Below are positions 1 to 11,773 of a DNA stretch of 60,081 bases, one piece after another. The DNA comes from Chromera velia (Eukaryota), in contig JAHBMJ010000011.1 of NCBI GenBank assembly GCA_018398765.1, forward strand, positions 1-60,081, in the 5' to 3' direction. The notes beneath the pieces are model-generated. The model saw only the letters and a program-made list of their open reading frames with translations, was not told where the DNA came from and ran no database searches. Made by a program: the position numbers and the translations under genes. Every line of letters begins with the position of its first letter. Position 1 is the first letter of the stretch.

Positions 1-888
1 CACGAGAGGGTCGTACTGAGGTGGTCTGCAAAGCCCACCAGACGTCTGCTGAACTGTTCGTTTCTTTTTTCTTTCCGTCTCCTTTGCCCTCTCCTTTTCA
101 CGTTCCTTCACCTCCTCCCTCTCCTGCTTTCGTCTCGCTTGCCTCGACACCGCAACTTCCACCGTCCCTTGCCTCTCTTCCCTCAATGAATTCAACTCCC
201 TTTCATATTTTTCTTGTCTCTGTCTCTCCTTCTTCTCCTGCCGCTTCTGTTTCTTTCTTTCTGCTCTGCCTGTCTTCACTAAATCACGCCCGTCTCCGTG
301 TTTCCTGAAAGCAGTCTCGCGTGCTGTTTCCACGTCTGACCGCCCTGCACAGTCATCTCGTCTTTCTCCACCCTCTGTCTGGCCGAACTGCGACCCAGCT
401 CCAATCTCGTCGGGGGATAGCCTCCGCTCGATTAAGCCGAGCCTCATCAGCACCACTTCTTCTGATGGAGACGGAACCGGAAAATCAAATGTCGTGTGAG
501 GCGTCTCCTTCCATGTGCCTCCCTCTTCCATCACATCAACATCGCCCTCTTCCATCAACTCATCTCCATCCATCCCGCCAAAATCGAATTCTCCATCAAC
601 TGCCTGTCCAGACACAACGCCTGCCTCCGTCTCAAAGCCAGGGGACACACTCCCCCATCTGGCTCTCACAGTGTTCTCACCCGCCAGGCCATCGTGCGGT
701 GAGCCACGCAACCGCATACTGTCACCTCGGCCGTTCAAAATATCATGCGGCTCAAATCCTGCCTGTCTCGTGGCGACAGCGCTTGGAACATTCATATGAG
801 AGCCTTGGATGCTGTTCTCAAACCCCCGCCCTTCTGACTGCAGTCGCCCTCCTCCTTCTCCCAATCGCGTGACTCTTACCCTCTGACC
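1..888 (-). CDS. Hypothetical acidic then charged (coiled-coil-like) protein, open to the window edge; possibly the 3' part of the 818-1336 gene
   Basis: Minus frame has no stop from 888 to base 1. ATG at 795 gives MNVPSAVATRQAGFEPH...GMDGDELMEEGDVDVMEEGG...RKKQKRQEKKERQRQEKYERELNSLREER. Absent from the ORF track because it has no stop. It is in a different frame from 818-1336, so joining needs an intron or frameshift. Confidence 0.45.
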
Positions 889-1336
889 TTACTGGTAAAC
901 GGCGCCATGAAATGCGCTTTCCCTGCTTTCTCCTCCCTCTCCCTTTCTCTTTCCCGACAGAAGCGGCTTTTTGATCTCCAGGTGACTGCTGTGATGGCTG
1001 CTGTGATGCCATTGGCTTTTCTGCTGCTTGCTTGTTGGCCCAAGCTGCTGCCGTCAATCTTCGACTCCTACGTGCTTTCGGCTTCTTTCCGGTCAGACGT
1101 TGTTTTGCTTCATCGCCCTTCCCTTCCTCTTCAAGGGTGGGCGCGGCCGGTTGGCAGCCCCCTACCACCTCTGAAAGCTTCTCCACCAGTTGTTGACTCT
1201 CGTGCAAGAAGGCCTCACCGTTCTTCCGTACCTCTTTGAGGGACACGTTTGCATACTTCTTCGAAAAGTCTTCAACAAGCGAAACAAAATGACTGAAACG
1301 ATCCGTCACAGACATCACGACCATCCGATTGGACAT
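818..1336 (-). CDS. Hypothetical protein (orphan paralogue A)
   Basis: ATG-initiated 172-aa ORF in non-repetitive sequence. Weak similarity to 1778-2365 (N-terminal helical region; KARRSRRLTAAAWANK vs KTRRGLRFSKTQWNEK) and a shared upstream sequence. Confidence 0.45.
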   Translation of the reverse strand: MSNRMVVMSVTDRFSHFVSLVEDFSKKYANVSLKEVRKNGEAFLHESQQLVEKLSEVVGGCQPAAPTLEEEGKGDEAKQRLTGKKPKARRSRRLTAAAWANKQAAEKPMASQQPSQQSPGDQKAASVGKEKGRGRRKQGKRISWRRLPVRSEGKSHAIGRRRRATAVRRAGV

Positions 1337-1777
1337 TCTTCAAAGAAAAGGAAACTGCAAGGAGCCTGTCATGGGGAAATAAGTCCCTGTGAATGTTTTC
1401 GGGTAGCTGTGTGCGCCGCTCTTCAGGGAATCGCCAACTGAGAACGATGCGACAACACCTTCATTCGACCAGTCAAAGACGGTCAACGAATCTACCTTAT
1501 CTGAGTGGGTCGACCACTCTGCTACCACGTTGGAGAGTGGCAGTTAGTTGGCTAGCATAACGGAGCTCATAGGTCGTAAGTTCAAGTTCTCTCATGCAAG
1601 GTTCGTACTTCTCTCTAAAGCAATGCTCTATTGCTTTCAGACTGACTGACCTGCATAGACTTGCATTGCATGTGTATTGACTCATAGACGGCGCGACGCC
1701 ATGCATACAGCTAGGCTCGGCATGCGTGCGGCTCATTCCATTCTGACACATGGAACCACTTATTGTTACTCAGACGC

Positions 1778-2365
1778 TCACATCGTTATGAATGGGGTCT
1801 CTCCTCCTTGGTCACTTCCTTGGAAACCCGGTGTCGCCGTAAAGCTCTTTGCTGCTGTTTGGGGTTCACTCACCACAACATCACTCTGAGGGTGTTGGGG
1901 TCCCCAGTTATCTGTGGGCGCATGCGGAGTGTGTAAAGGTCTGTGCGCCTTGAACCCATCTGCTTCCTTTCGCTTCACTAGGGAGGCAGTCTGGTCGTCA
2001 TCCGATTTCTTCCCATCTCTCTTGCTGTATGTCTGTCCGAGGGCCTTCTCATTCCATTGGGTCTTCGAAAAACGCAAACCACGACGCGTCTTCTTCTTCT
2101 TTTCTGGCTCTTCGTCTCGACCCTCCTGAATGATGTCCTTCGATTGCTTGCGACCCTTTCTCGCTCTGCATTTCTTCTTGTCCATAGACCCCGAGGGCAA
2201 CCATCGCTGCATTTCTTCAGCGACTCCGGACAGAAGAAGACAAACAGACTCGTATCGGTCATCCAGGGTCGCAACGGAGACGTCCTTCAGTTCCTCTACA
2301 CTCTTCACGAGGAACGCAATTACACAGAAAATCGGGCCCACTTCTTTATGTAGCCTCAACGTCAT
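1778..2365 (-). CDS. Hypothetical protein (orphan paralogue B)
   Basis: ATG-initiated 195-aa ORF with basic NLS-like tracts; same layout as 818-1336. Confidence 0.45.
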   Translation of the reverse strand: MTLRLHKEVGPIFCVIAFLVKSVEELKDVSVATLDDRYESVCLLLSGVAEEMQRWLPSGSMDKKKCRARKGRKQSKDIIQEGRDEEPEKKKKTRRGLRFSKTQWNEKALGQTYSKRDGKKSDDDQTASLVKRKEADGFKAHRPLHTPHAPTDNWGPQHPQSDVVVSEPQTAAKSFTATPGFQGSDQGGETPFITM

Positions 2366-2780
2366 CGCAACAACAAGAGAAAGACCTACAAGAACTCTGA
2401 AAAGCGAACAGACTTAATGCACCCAGAGAAGATCGTCGTCTGGTGCGAAAGAATGCCTGCCATCTGCCGTTCAACGATATAGAGATTCGTCTCTGATCAT
2501 AAACAGAACAGATTGGTCCCTGACCGACCTACTCTGCTGCCATGTAGAGTTATGGCGCTACTAACATACGGGGCTATAAGATCTGAGAGTCGGACATGCA
2601 TTGTTCGTACTTCTCTTTAGTCTTACACACAGGCAAGACTGTACTTCTAAATTGACTTGCATGCGAACCAATTAATGCAATGCATGCATGCACATACATA
2701 TACGCCATACGCTCGACATGCGCGCACTACGTGCAGCTCTGACAATGCCTACAACCTCACAATATAATGGAATTTGGGCT

Positions 2781-3475
2781 ATGCGTGCGTCAGATGGGTT
2801 TCAAATCTCTATTTACCCCCGGGCTTTTTTCCTGAGGGAGGGGGGGGTTCCGCGTATACCTTTTTCCTGCGGGGGGGGGGGTCAGCATGAGGCTGCATGG
2901 CCGGCGTGCGTCAATCGTGCAGTTCTGATTTTTCTTATTTTCCGGGGCCGTTCGCAAGCTTGCTTGCATCAGATGTACGCAATGTGTCTTTCACCAAAAA
3001 CCCGGCCCCGAAAGGCTGAATTTGTTACTATGCGTGCGTCACCATATACTTACCCCCGGGCTTTTTTCCCGAGGGAGGGGGGGGTTCCGCGTATGTTTTT
3101 TGGGGGGTCGGCGCGAGGCTGCATGGCCGGCGTACGTCAATCATACAGTTCTCATTTTTCTTACTTTCCGGGGCCGTTCGCAAGCTTGCTTACGTCAGAT
3201 GCATGCAGTGTCTTTCACCAAAAACCCGGCCCCGAAAGGCTGATTTGCACCATGCATGCGTGTGTCAGATGGGTTTCAGTTTACCCCCGGGTTTTTTTCC
3301 CGGGAGGCCGGGGGGGAGAGTTCCGCGGCTTTTCCCGCGNNNNNNNNNNNNNNNNNNNNNGGGGGGGGGAGTCGGCGTGACCGCCTGCGCGGTCGACTGG
3401 CCGGCGTGCGTCAATCGTGCAGTTCTCATTTTTCTTGCTTTCCGGGGCCGTTCGCAAGCTTGCTTGCGTCAGATA
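2781..3475. repeat. Three diverged tandem copies of a ~230-250 bp unit
   Basis: Units start near 2781, 3030 and 3256 (atgcgtgYgtca...ttacccccggg...). Each contains ggccggcgtRcgtcaatc...ttccggggccgttcgcaagcttgctt. The third copy contains an N gap. Confidence 0.85.
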
Positions 3476-3856
3476 TATATAGCTGCGCAGGCACGCGTGC
3501 ATCCCATGCATGCATGTGTGCATTAATTGCCTGACCTTTGTCATCATTCGGAAAGGGTTTGTGTTCGACCAGCACCTTAATTGCTTCCGTTTGTATCCAA
3601 CACAACTGGATACAATGCCCTTGAGTCTTCATCTTCTTTCTTCTGTGTCATACACTGAAACTTCAAACGACAAACAAACTTCTTGACTCCAATTTCGTCC
3701 GTTGGTATATATCTTATATAACATGTGCACACGAGAGACTGTCTCCAATTGACCGATTAAACCAGTCGACACGTACGGACAAAAAACAAAGCGTGTGCAC
3801 ACCAGCCTAGCTCTCTTTGTGGAGACAGTAGGAACCCCACATCCACATTAACGGGA

Positions 3857-5282
3857 ATGGGTGATAACAACACCCGAGGTCCTTCAGCTTTGCTGAAGTG
3901 GAGCCTTGCGATGGGGATGCTGCTCCTAGGTGTTGTGCACTCTTTCCTTGTTGAAGCAGCAACGGCAAACGGGAATTCCTACAACACCGCCACCCTGGTG
4001 CTCACTGCAGAGCTGTGCAAACTGGCTTTCAGCTTAACTTTCTGGGTGTTGGTAGACGGACGGAGCATCGGAGACAAGTTCAACATCAAGATAGCGCTTG
4101 CATACGGGGCTCCTGCCTTGTGTTACGCCTTCAGCAACAGCTTTGCGTTGCTGAGTGTAAAGTACCTCGGAGCAGCCCGCGCGAGTTTGCTAGCGAATGG
4201 AAAATTTGTCCTCACTGCAGTCATTCACCGGTTGCTGCTGAAAGTCCCGAAGAGCTTTCTTCAGTGGTGCTCGCTGCTGCTCTTAACTGCAGCAATGGTG
4301 GTGTGCCAGATGAAAGGAATGGTGGAAGGGAACGGCAATGGAGATAAGGACGCAACAAGTCGGCCGCTGTCTGTCCCGTCGTCCAAAGGGGGAGACAGCA
4401 ACAGCAGCTTCTTCTTTCGCCTGAATGACGTACAGAAAGGAGTCATGTATATTCTTTTCGCCGGTCTGTTTTCTGCCTTCTCGGGAGTTGTGAGTGAGTT
4501 GTTGGTGAAAAACGTCAACAAGAGAGCCCCACTTTCTTTCCAGAACCTGCTGTTGTACACCTGGGGGGTGTTCTTCAACCTGTGGGGGGTCCATATGGGG
4601 GAATCGAGTGGGTCTTCGTCCTCCTTCTTGGAGAGGGCATACTCGGGGTTCAACGTGTACGTGTGGAGCGCCTTGGGCACTTTGGTCGTTCAGGGCCTGA
4701 CGATTTCTGCCATTATGAAGTACCTGGACAACATCGTGAAGTGCTTCGCGTTTGCGGGAACTGTTTTTCTTAGGTCACTAACGACATCTCACATGCTCTT
4801 TCGATTGATTCGAGATAGAAAAAACTCTGATCGCATTCTCTCAATCTTCCTTCTCTCGCGCCCCTCGCTCTCTCTCTCTCTCTTGACGTAATGCACTTTT
4901 CTGTTGAGGACCTCGCTTCCTTTTGTCTCGAAGCGTGACTCCATATGCAGTCCTCAGATCATGTCATTGTAGCGAGGCGCATTCATTCGGTGTGCCTGCA
5001 CGCACTGAGTTTCTTCAGAAAGATCCAGTCTTGTTTTTCTCTCTCACACAGGTTCCCCTCAACTTTTTCGACTGCGATTTTTTTAAAAAATCTCATTCAA
5101 ATCTTTCTCATGCATGCAGTGTGATCTTGCAGTCAACTGTCGACTCCTATCTGTTAGATCGCTACTTCCTCTCGGGCCTCGCGATGTATGCCGTCGGGCT
5201 GTACGGATATTTCCTCCCTCCAGGGAAGGAAAAAAGCGTGGAGCCACGGGGGGAATCGCAAATAGTACGTCATTTTGTATAG
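3857..5282 (+). CDS. Nucleotide-sugar transporter, SLC35A (CMP-sialic acid/UDP-galactose transporter) family
   Basis: join(3857..4773,5120..5282), 359 aa, GT-AG intron 4774-5119. Multiple hydrophobic helices and family motifs (AELCKL, PALCYAFSN, SAFSGVVSELLVK, QNLLLYTWGVFFN, MKYLDNIVKCF). Splicing restores the last two helices (FLSVILQ...FLSGLAMYAVGLYGY). Confidence 0.9.
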
Positions 5283-6307
5283 AAAGTCTACTTTTGTCGT
5301 TTTTGTGTGGTTCTGCATGTCTTATATGCCAGTCGACAAGCATGCCAAGCTGCCTGAGTAGCCTCATATTTTCGTCTTCCCTTCTTCTGTCAGTGTGCGT
5401 TTCTCGCGCCACGTTTTATCCTCCAGCTGTCTATAAGGGTCTCTCGTTCTTCTTCAGCCTTTTTGACTGCCTTTCAAGAGGCCTCACAGTTCGCGTGTCT
5501 GTTCTGGGCTCTCTCAGTGACTGTCTCTGCGTTTCTATTTTTAGATCTGTCGCTGGCAGTTTTTGTCCGATTTTTTGTGCGTCTGTGGCTCTCTGTTTCT
5601 CTCTGGCTCTGCGGCCCTACATGTCATTCGCACAGGTTTGTGTGTCCAACAGGCTTCTTTGTAGGTACACCTGTAAATGCCTGCTTAGTCTGAATGACTT
5701 AAGCCGTCTCGCTGACTTTGCATGCATGTGCAGGCGCTGCAGAGGAATTTGATAGAGTTCAGCTCCTTCCAAGTGAACGACTTTTCGCGCGAGAGGGGGA
5801 AAGTAACCCTCCGGGGTCGTCTGTCAGTCTCGTCAGCGTCACATGGATCCCGGAGTAGTGGGCTAAATAACAGTGGCAAAGACTTACTACAGCCTGAACA
5901 CAACAGCCTCGCAAGTGAACTTGGAAGCTTCATAACTCCTACAACCAAAAAAGACCGCTCAGCAATGGTGTGAGGTTGATATAGGCTTTGTGACAGCCAG
6001 ACAACTCATAAAATCATATAATATCAAATCGTGACGACATGCATTCAAACTATATTTGTGCACGTGAGTTCTACTTTTTAATTGATTTTAGGGAGCTTAT
6101 GTTTGTTATTTAGTCTTATAATATATTGAATCTAATATACACAAATTATATCAAAATAGACTTAAAATTTATCATTTAAGAGCTATTGAGAGCTAGATTG
6201 AATGCTGAATTAAGGACATCGCGGTGAATGAAAGAGAAATAAAGAGAAAGAAAAAATTTATAATATGATTAAAAATGATGAGAATAAAAACCCGTGTGCC
6301 GTGCGGT

Positions 6308-6363
6308 ACACACATACACACACAGATTAATACAGACACACACACACATACACACACACACAT

Positions 6364-6394
<31 letters not shown>

Positions 6395-6395
6395 G

Positions 6396-6432
<37 letters not shown>

Positions 6433-6440
6433 TACATATA
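6308..6440. repeat. Imperfect (CA)n microsatellite
   Basis: Seen directly in sequence. Confidence 0.9.
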
Positions 6441-6926
6441 CAAAATTGAAAATCATGTTCACCGAGAATTTTTATGGGAATTTCTGATATATACTTCTCA
6501 GGGCCCCGGATTTCCGCGAGCTGTCTTCCAATGACACACGAACTTCATTCTCGCGCACTCACCTGCGCGCCCACGCGAATGCGCGCGAAGGAACTATGTT
6601 TCTATTTTTACGCGCTATGATGCATGCATGCATGAAAGCATATTAACACGAATTAAATACTGAAAGCACCGCGGTATATACAAGCTATAGCTCTCTAACA
6701 CTAGCTGTTCCCAGTTGTCCCCAGATCAAATGGCACCCGCGTAGGTTGAACAGATCTAATTCCTTAAGAAGAGGCCTCAGCACCTGGCAAGAGAGAAGTG
6801 CGAGAGGAATTGAAAGCCCTGCAACTCCTTACTCTTCCCCGATCCACTTCACCACCTTCAATTCTGTGGCAGCTTGTCTGTATCTTAATATCTATACGTA
6901 CAGCTGGCAGATTTATTCTGATCGGG

Positions 6927-9921
6927 ATGGGACAAGGTGCGCTTCCTCAGCATGAGGCCAGAAAACCAATGTCCTGCTGGGCAGAACCCCACGATCCTAA
7001 CCCCCCTTCCTTGCTTTCAATCCACCCCTGTCTGGCAAGAGAGAGACAGACATATGCTGAGGGGCGTGCTCTGGTACGTGAGTACTGGGAAAAGATAAAT
7101 TTTTTGATCAGGGGAGCATACGAGGGGTTCTGGGAAAAGATGAATTTTTTGATCAGGGGAGCATACGAGGGGTTCTGGGAAAAGATGAATTTTTTGATCG
7201 GAGGAGCATACGAGAGGTTCTGGGAAAAGATGAATTTTTTAATCGGGGGAGCATACGAGGGGTTCTGGGAAAAGATGAATTTTTTGATCGGGGGAGCATA
7301 CGAGGGGTTCTGGGAAAAGATGAATTTTTTGATCGGGGGAGCATACGAGGGGTTCTGGGAAAAGATGAATTTTTTGATCGGGGGAGCATACGAGGGGTTC
7401 TGGGAAAAGATGAATTTTTTGATCGGGGGAGCATACGAGGGGTTCTGGGAAAAGATGAATTTTTTGATCGGGGGAGCATACGAGGGGTTCTGGGAAAAGA
7501 TGAATTTTTTGATCGGGGGAGCATACGAGAGGTTCTGGGAAAAGATGAATTTTTTAATCGGGGGAGCATACGAGGGGTTCTGGGAAAAGATGAATTTTTT
7601 GATCGGGGGAGCATACGAGGGGATCCGTAGGCTTCCAACAGAAGGTGTGGAGTGCCCAGAGTGCCACTGTTGCGGTCAGTCGGTGCGGGCCTGCAATAGC
7701 AGATGGGAGGGGGTGCTAAAGTTAAATCCTTGCACAATGGAGCATTACTTTGTATTTTGGGTAGAGGGTGTGAATGTGAAGGTTGGATTTGGGTGTGCGA
7801 TGGATGTTCTGCTGGAGACCCCGCGAGCAAAGTACCACACAAATTTGACCCTCTACTGAGCGACTATCCTCAACATTTTCGCACTCATGAAGGCGCCCGA
7901 GATTGCAAAATATGTGGCGATGGGAGGGAAGCTGAATCCTCGACCTAGGCCTCGACAGGAGATGGAGAGACGCTTTCCCAGCGTTTACCTCTCCGTTGAG
8001 GAGACCGTGCAACTGATGACAACCCAGAAAACAAAATCTTTCGTACCCGCGAGGGCCCAAATATACGCTCTCTCTTCCTCTTGGCACTCCGTAGAGCACC
8101 CAGATCCCACTGGCAGCACAGCCAAAGCCGTTATAGAGGGCATGGGAGGGTGGAACCCTTGTGCTCATGAGGGAGGGAAGGAGGGGGAACGGCTGTTCTG
8201 GAAAGAACGGGAGGGCAAGCGGGAGAAAAGAGAGGGAGAGGAGGACGAGGAGGCTTGGATGGAGAAGTTCTTCAAGCGAACGAGCAGCAACGCCCTTCCT
8301 GAAGATACGACAGACTATCCCATCTATTTTCAGGACTTCGTCAGTCTTCACCAACAGCTGCACGATAAAAGCAGAACGCCTGAGCAGGCTGCTCTCTTCG
8401 AACAGGGCCTCTCATTGTTGCCCTGCACATACGGCAGCATGTCTGGCGTCGTCTATTTTCTCCAGTACACTCATGTACCGACAGAGCGGGAGGGGGTGAC
8501 AAACAAGACGCCCTACCACAAGCGTGGATGGACGCACTTCGAATCTCTAGTGGCTGCAGTGAAACGCAAAGACCACAGAATCTACCTGGGCCCCTCCCAT
8601 CCATCCGAGCCCGCCTTGACTCTCGAGCTCTTCGAACAAGTTCCCTTGCCCCCTCCCGCCTTCCAACGGCTGCTGGAGGAGAAGAGACCGGAAGAGAAAA
8701 CAGACGAAAACAAAGAGGGGTATGTCATAAGGTTCAACAACAGAAAGGACGATCATGCGTTGGTCGCGAATCGCTACAAAGATTTTATGCTTGACACGCA
8801 AGTGAGGGGGCGGAAGAAAATCGATATGTCATGGAAGTCCACAACCACCAAGGAGAAGTGGGAGATGCTGGGTGAGTACTTCTCCTGGATTGGGGAGCAG
8901 CCGGAGTGTGCGGTTGAGGAGGTTAGTTTGTATGGCTGTGCGCTGAACGAGGACTCTCTTCCCCCTGTCGCTGCCGGACTCTCAGCTCTCTCTTCACTGC
9001 GGGAATTGGAGTTGAGTCGCAATAATTTTGGGCTCTCCTCCCTGTCTGCGTTAACGTGTCTGCGCCAAGTGAAGGTGAGTAAGTGTGCAAGCAGCTAGGA
9101 GGGGAGGGGAATGTGTAATTGCAAGGGAATATTAAGAAGAAGTGATTGTGTTTTGAAAGGAAGATAGATAGATGGAGGAATGAATTCGAAAAAAGCTTAG
9201 GGGGCGGATTCAGGGAATTCATTTTCGTGAAATCAAGGGGGAAGAAGGGAGCGATCGAGTGAATTCGAGGGGAGAAAGAAAACAAAGATAGAAATTTTTT
9301 GAGGCAAGGCACATACGGAAAACGATTGGCGAATTTTTACAGAAGGTGAATACAATCTGATGCATGACTAAGACCCTCGTGCGACCTTCACTGAGTGAGA
9401 AAAGAAACAGATCAAAACGAATTCAGAGGGTCTGTCTCTTCCATAATTATGGAAGGAACTAGTGGTCCGGTCAAACTCGATCAGTTCACGCAAGCAGAAG
9501 AGAATTAAGAAATGATCAGAGAGAAATCACTCTAGCTCCTGCATTAATTCATGAAGCAGAGAATACATGCACCTCGCTCGCTACATGGCCCAAATACACG
9601 CAGCCATGCAGCCAAAATCATGAATTAATGAAAAATAATCTTCAATGCAAGGCTGTATGCATGCATTTATGATCGATCGATCGATCGATGATGCAGAAAT
9701 TGTACCTCGCAGGCCAAGACGACGATCTGCGGTTCTCCGTCGGCAGAAGCGACGAGCTGAAGGCCCTCCAGAGAGCCCTGCCTCATTGCAAGCTGGCGAC
9801 CCACGGACTATACAGAAGATGTGAAGTTCTTTTTGTCCAGCTGGACATGGTTGAGGAGAGCAAAGAGGATGGGGAGGGGGGTGGTAGGAAGGCTCGGAAG
9901 TGCAAATGCGTGATTATGTGA
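6927..9921 (+). CDS. HET-like domain + leucine-rich-repeat protein with C-terminal CaaX (CVIM); N-terminal part separated by an in-frame TGA at 7857-7859
   Basis: join(6927..9074,9697..9921), intron GTGAGT...ATGCAG. HET-like motifs ALSSSW-x4-HPDP, FQDFVSLHQ, YHKRGWTHFE. LRRs VEEVSLYGCAL, LRELELSRNNF, VKKLYLAG. Ends RKARKCKCVIM*. ORFs 6798-7859 and 7887-9098 share one frame: 790 aa if the TGA is sense, 470 aa from ATG 7887. Confidence 0.7.
7084..7622 (+). repeat. Coding minisatellite, 12 x 45 bp (EGFWEKMNFLIGGAY)
   Basis: Near-perfect unit gaggggttctgggaaaagatgaattttttgatcgggggagcatac; no spacers; frame preserved. Confidence 0.95.
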
Positions 9922-11773
9922 ATGTGGAATTTGAGCGCTACCGAGGGGGGAGACACGCAAAGCAATCATGCATCATGCGCCAGATTAATTGATCAATGAC
10001 CACGGCAGCCCATAGCAGACCAGGTGAACGCCTGAGGCCCTGGGAGCTTTGGCTGCGCTTTCGATCGATGGATACAGCTCTTTGAGTGAACCAATGGGCC
10101 AAGGAAAATATGTCAGGCTAAACGGCTTATACTTTAAAAATGTGAAAAACAAATTTATGATGATGTAGATAAATGATAACACTGCTGGTCAGATACTAAT
10201 GGATAGTAAATTACTAAACTATCTGAGTTAAACATTATAGAAGATTGTTATTGTTCTTACCTGATGTTCTATGTATGCCGTTTTATAGCCCAAATTAGCC
10301 TAAATTATCAATTACTATAGCATAAGGTTACACAGACGCGTTTCACCGAGAATTTGAGAACAATTAGATTAATTCTGAACTAATTTTAAGAGTCTGTTTC
10401 GAAGATCTACTTATAACTTTGAAATTCAGAAAAATTAAAATATACTTTGCTTATGTCAACGTCTAGTGTCAATATACTTACATGTTTTAAACATTGTTAA
10501 CACCGTAAGAAGACGTTCAATCATATTCAATCTTATTTTTAATGTAGTAGAGTAATAACATCCAGTCACAATAATTTTATACAATTTCCAACATTCCATG
10601 ACTAAAAAAGAAACAAATCAGTTTTAATTTCCTTTTTTGAAACTACTTCTCAAACTATGTGTAACAAAACCTACCATAATAATTACCAAGCCTATGCAAA
10701 CCTAGATGCAAACCGGTATACCAACCTACACAGAGGAAGTACCTAGCTAGAGGAGCGATAGGCCAAAGGTATTAGGAAACGACCTAGTAAAACGCATTCC
10801 CCGCCTACCCAGACACTTCGATTGCTGCTGCGACCAGGCTAGCACGAAAAAAATCACAGAGGTGAGTCAGGCCGTCATTTGGCGGTTTCCGGGTAGCAAA
10901 GACATATCAAGATGAAAACGACAAGCAGTGAACAACCGTACGAGCCCTTCCAGGTCGACCCAACATTACCGACAGAAACCGTGACGGACGACAGAATATG
11001 ACATGACACTTTTTCCTTTATTTGTCTTTCTGTATTCTTTTGCAGAAAGAAGCATAAGAAGCACGTACGGTCATGCTCATGCATGTGTCATGAACAGGAC
11101 AATACAAAATTGTAGACGCAAGCAAATCACATGCAGAGGCCATGCACCAAAAGGGCCCTGCAGGGAAACAAAACAAACAGGCAGTCAAATCAAAGGCTTA
11201 GAGGATGCAAGGAGGCCCATTTGGAAGTGCTCCAACTCTCTTCACTCCACGGGTGCACCATTCAGGTGGCCATGTTTGACTTCACCCACACCCTTTCTCC
11301 TTCCTTCCAACAGCCATTCAGAAACGACGTGTGTCTGCGTGCGTCCCTTTTTTCAAAAACCAACGGGGGGCCGGACAGATCGATTGGAATGCAATCAATC
11401 CTCCCTCCCTCGACCTACTACAGCTAGAAGTACAAAGGAAGCAGAGCAGAGCAGAGCAGTACAAACTAAGGAAGGAAGGAAGGGCTCGATCCGTCTGGAC
11501 AGTGACGCAAAAAGCGAACGTCGACAGGCTAGCTCACGGGTGGGAGAACGTTTCCTTCCTTCCTTCCTTCCTTCCTTCCTTCCGTCCGTACCGCCACTCC
11601 ACGGGCCGCTCTCTGATGGGAGGGAGCCGGGGGCGGAAGCGAGCCCCGGGAACTTTATATATGCCTCCACGCTCGCGGTCGATCAATCAAAATGCCACAA
11701 AAGAGAAGAGAAGAGAAGACTATAAAGGAAAAGAAAGAAGGGAGAAAGGAAGAAAGAAAGAAAGAGAATTGAA

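Noticed and set aside
6798..6926. ORF-track start at 6798
   Set aside because: GTG start; the first in-frame ATG is 6927.
7084..7622. CRISPR-like array
   Set aside because: Head-to-tail repeats with no unique spacers, in frame within an ORF, no cas genes, eukaryotic context.
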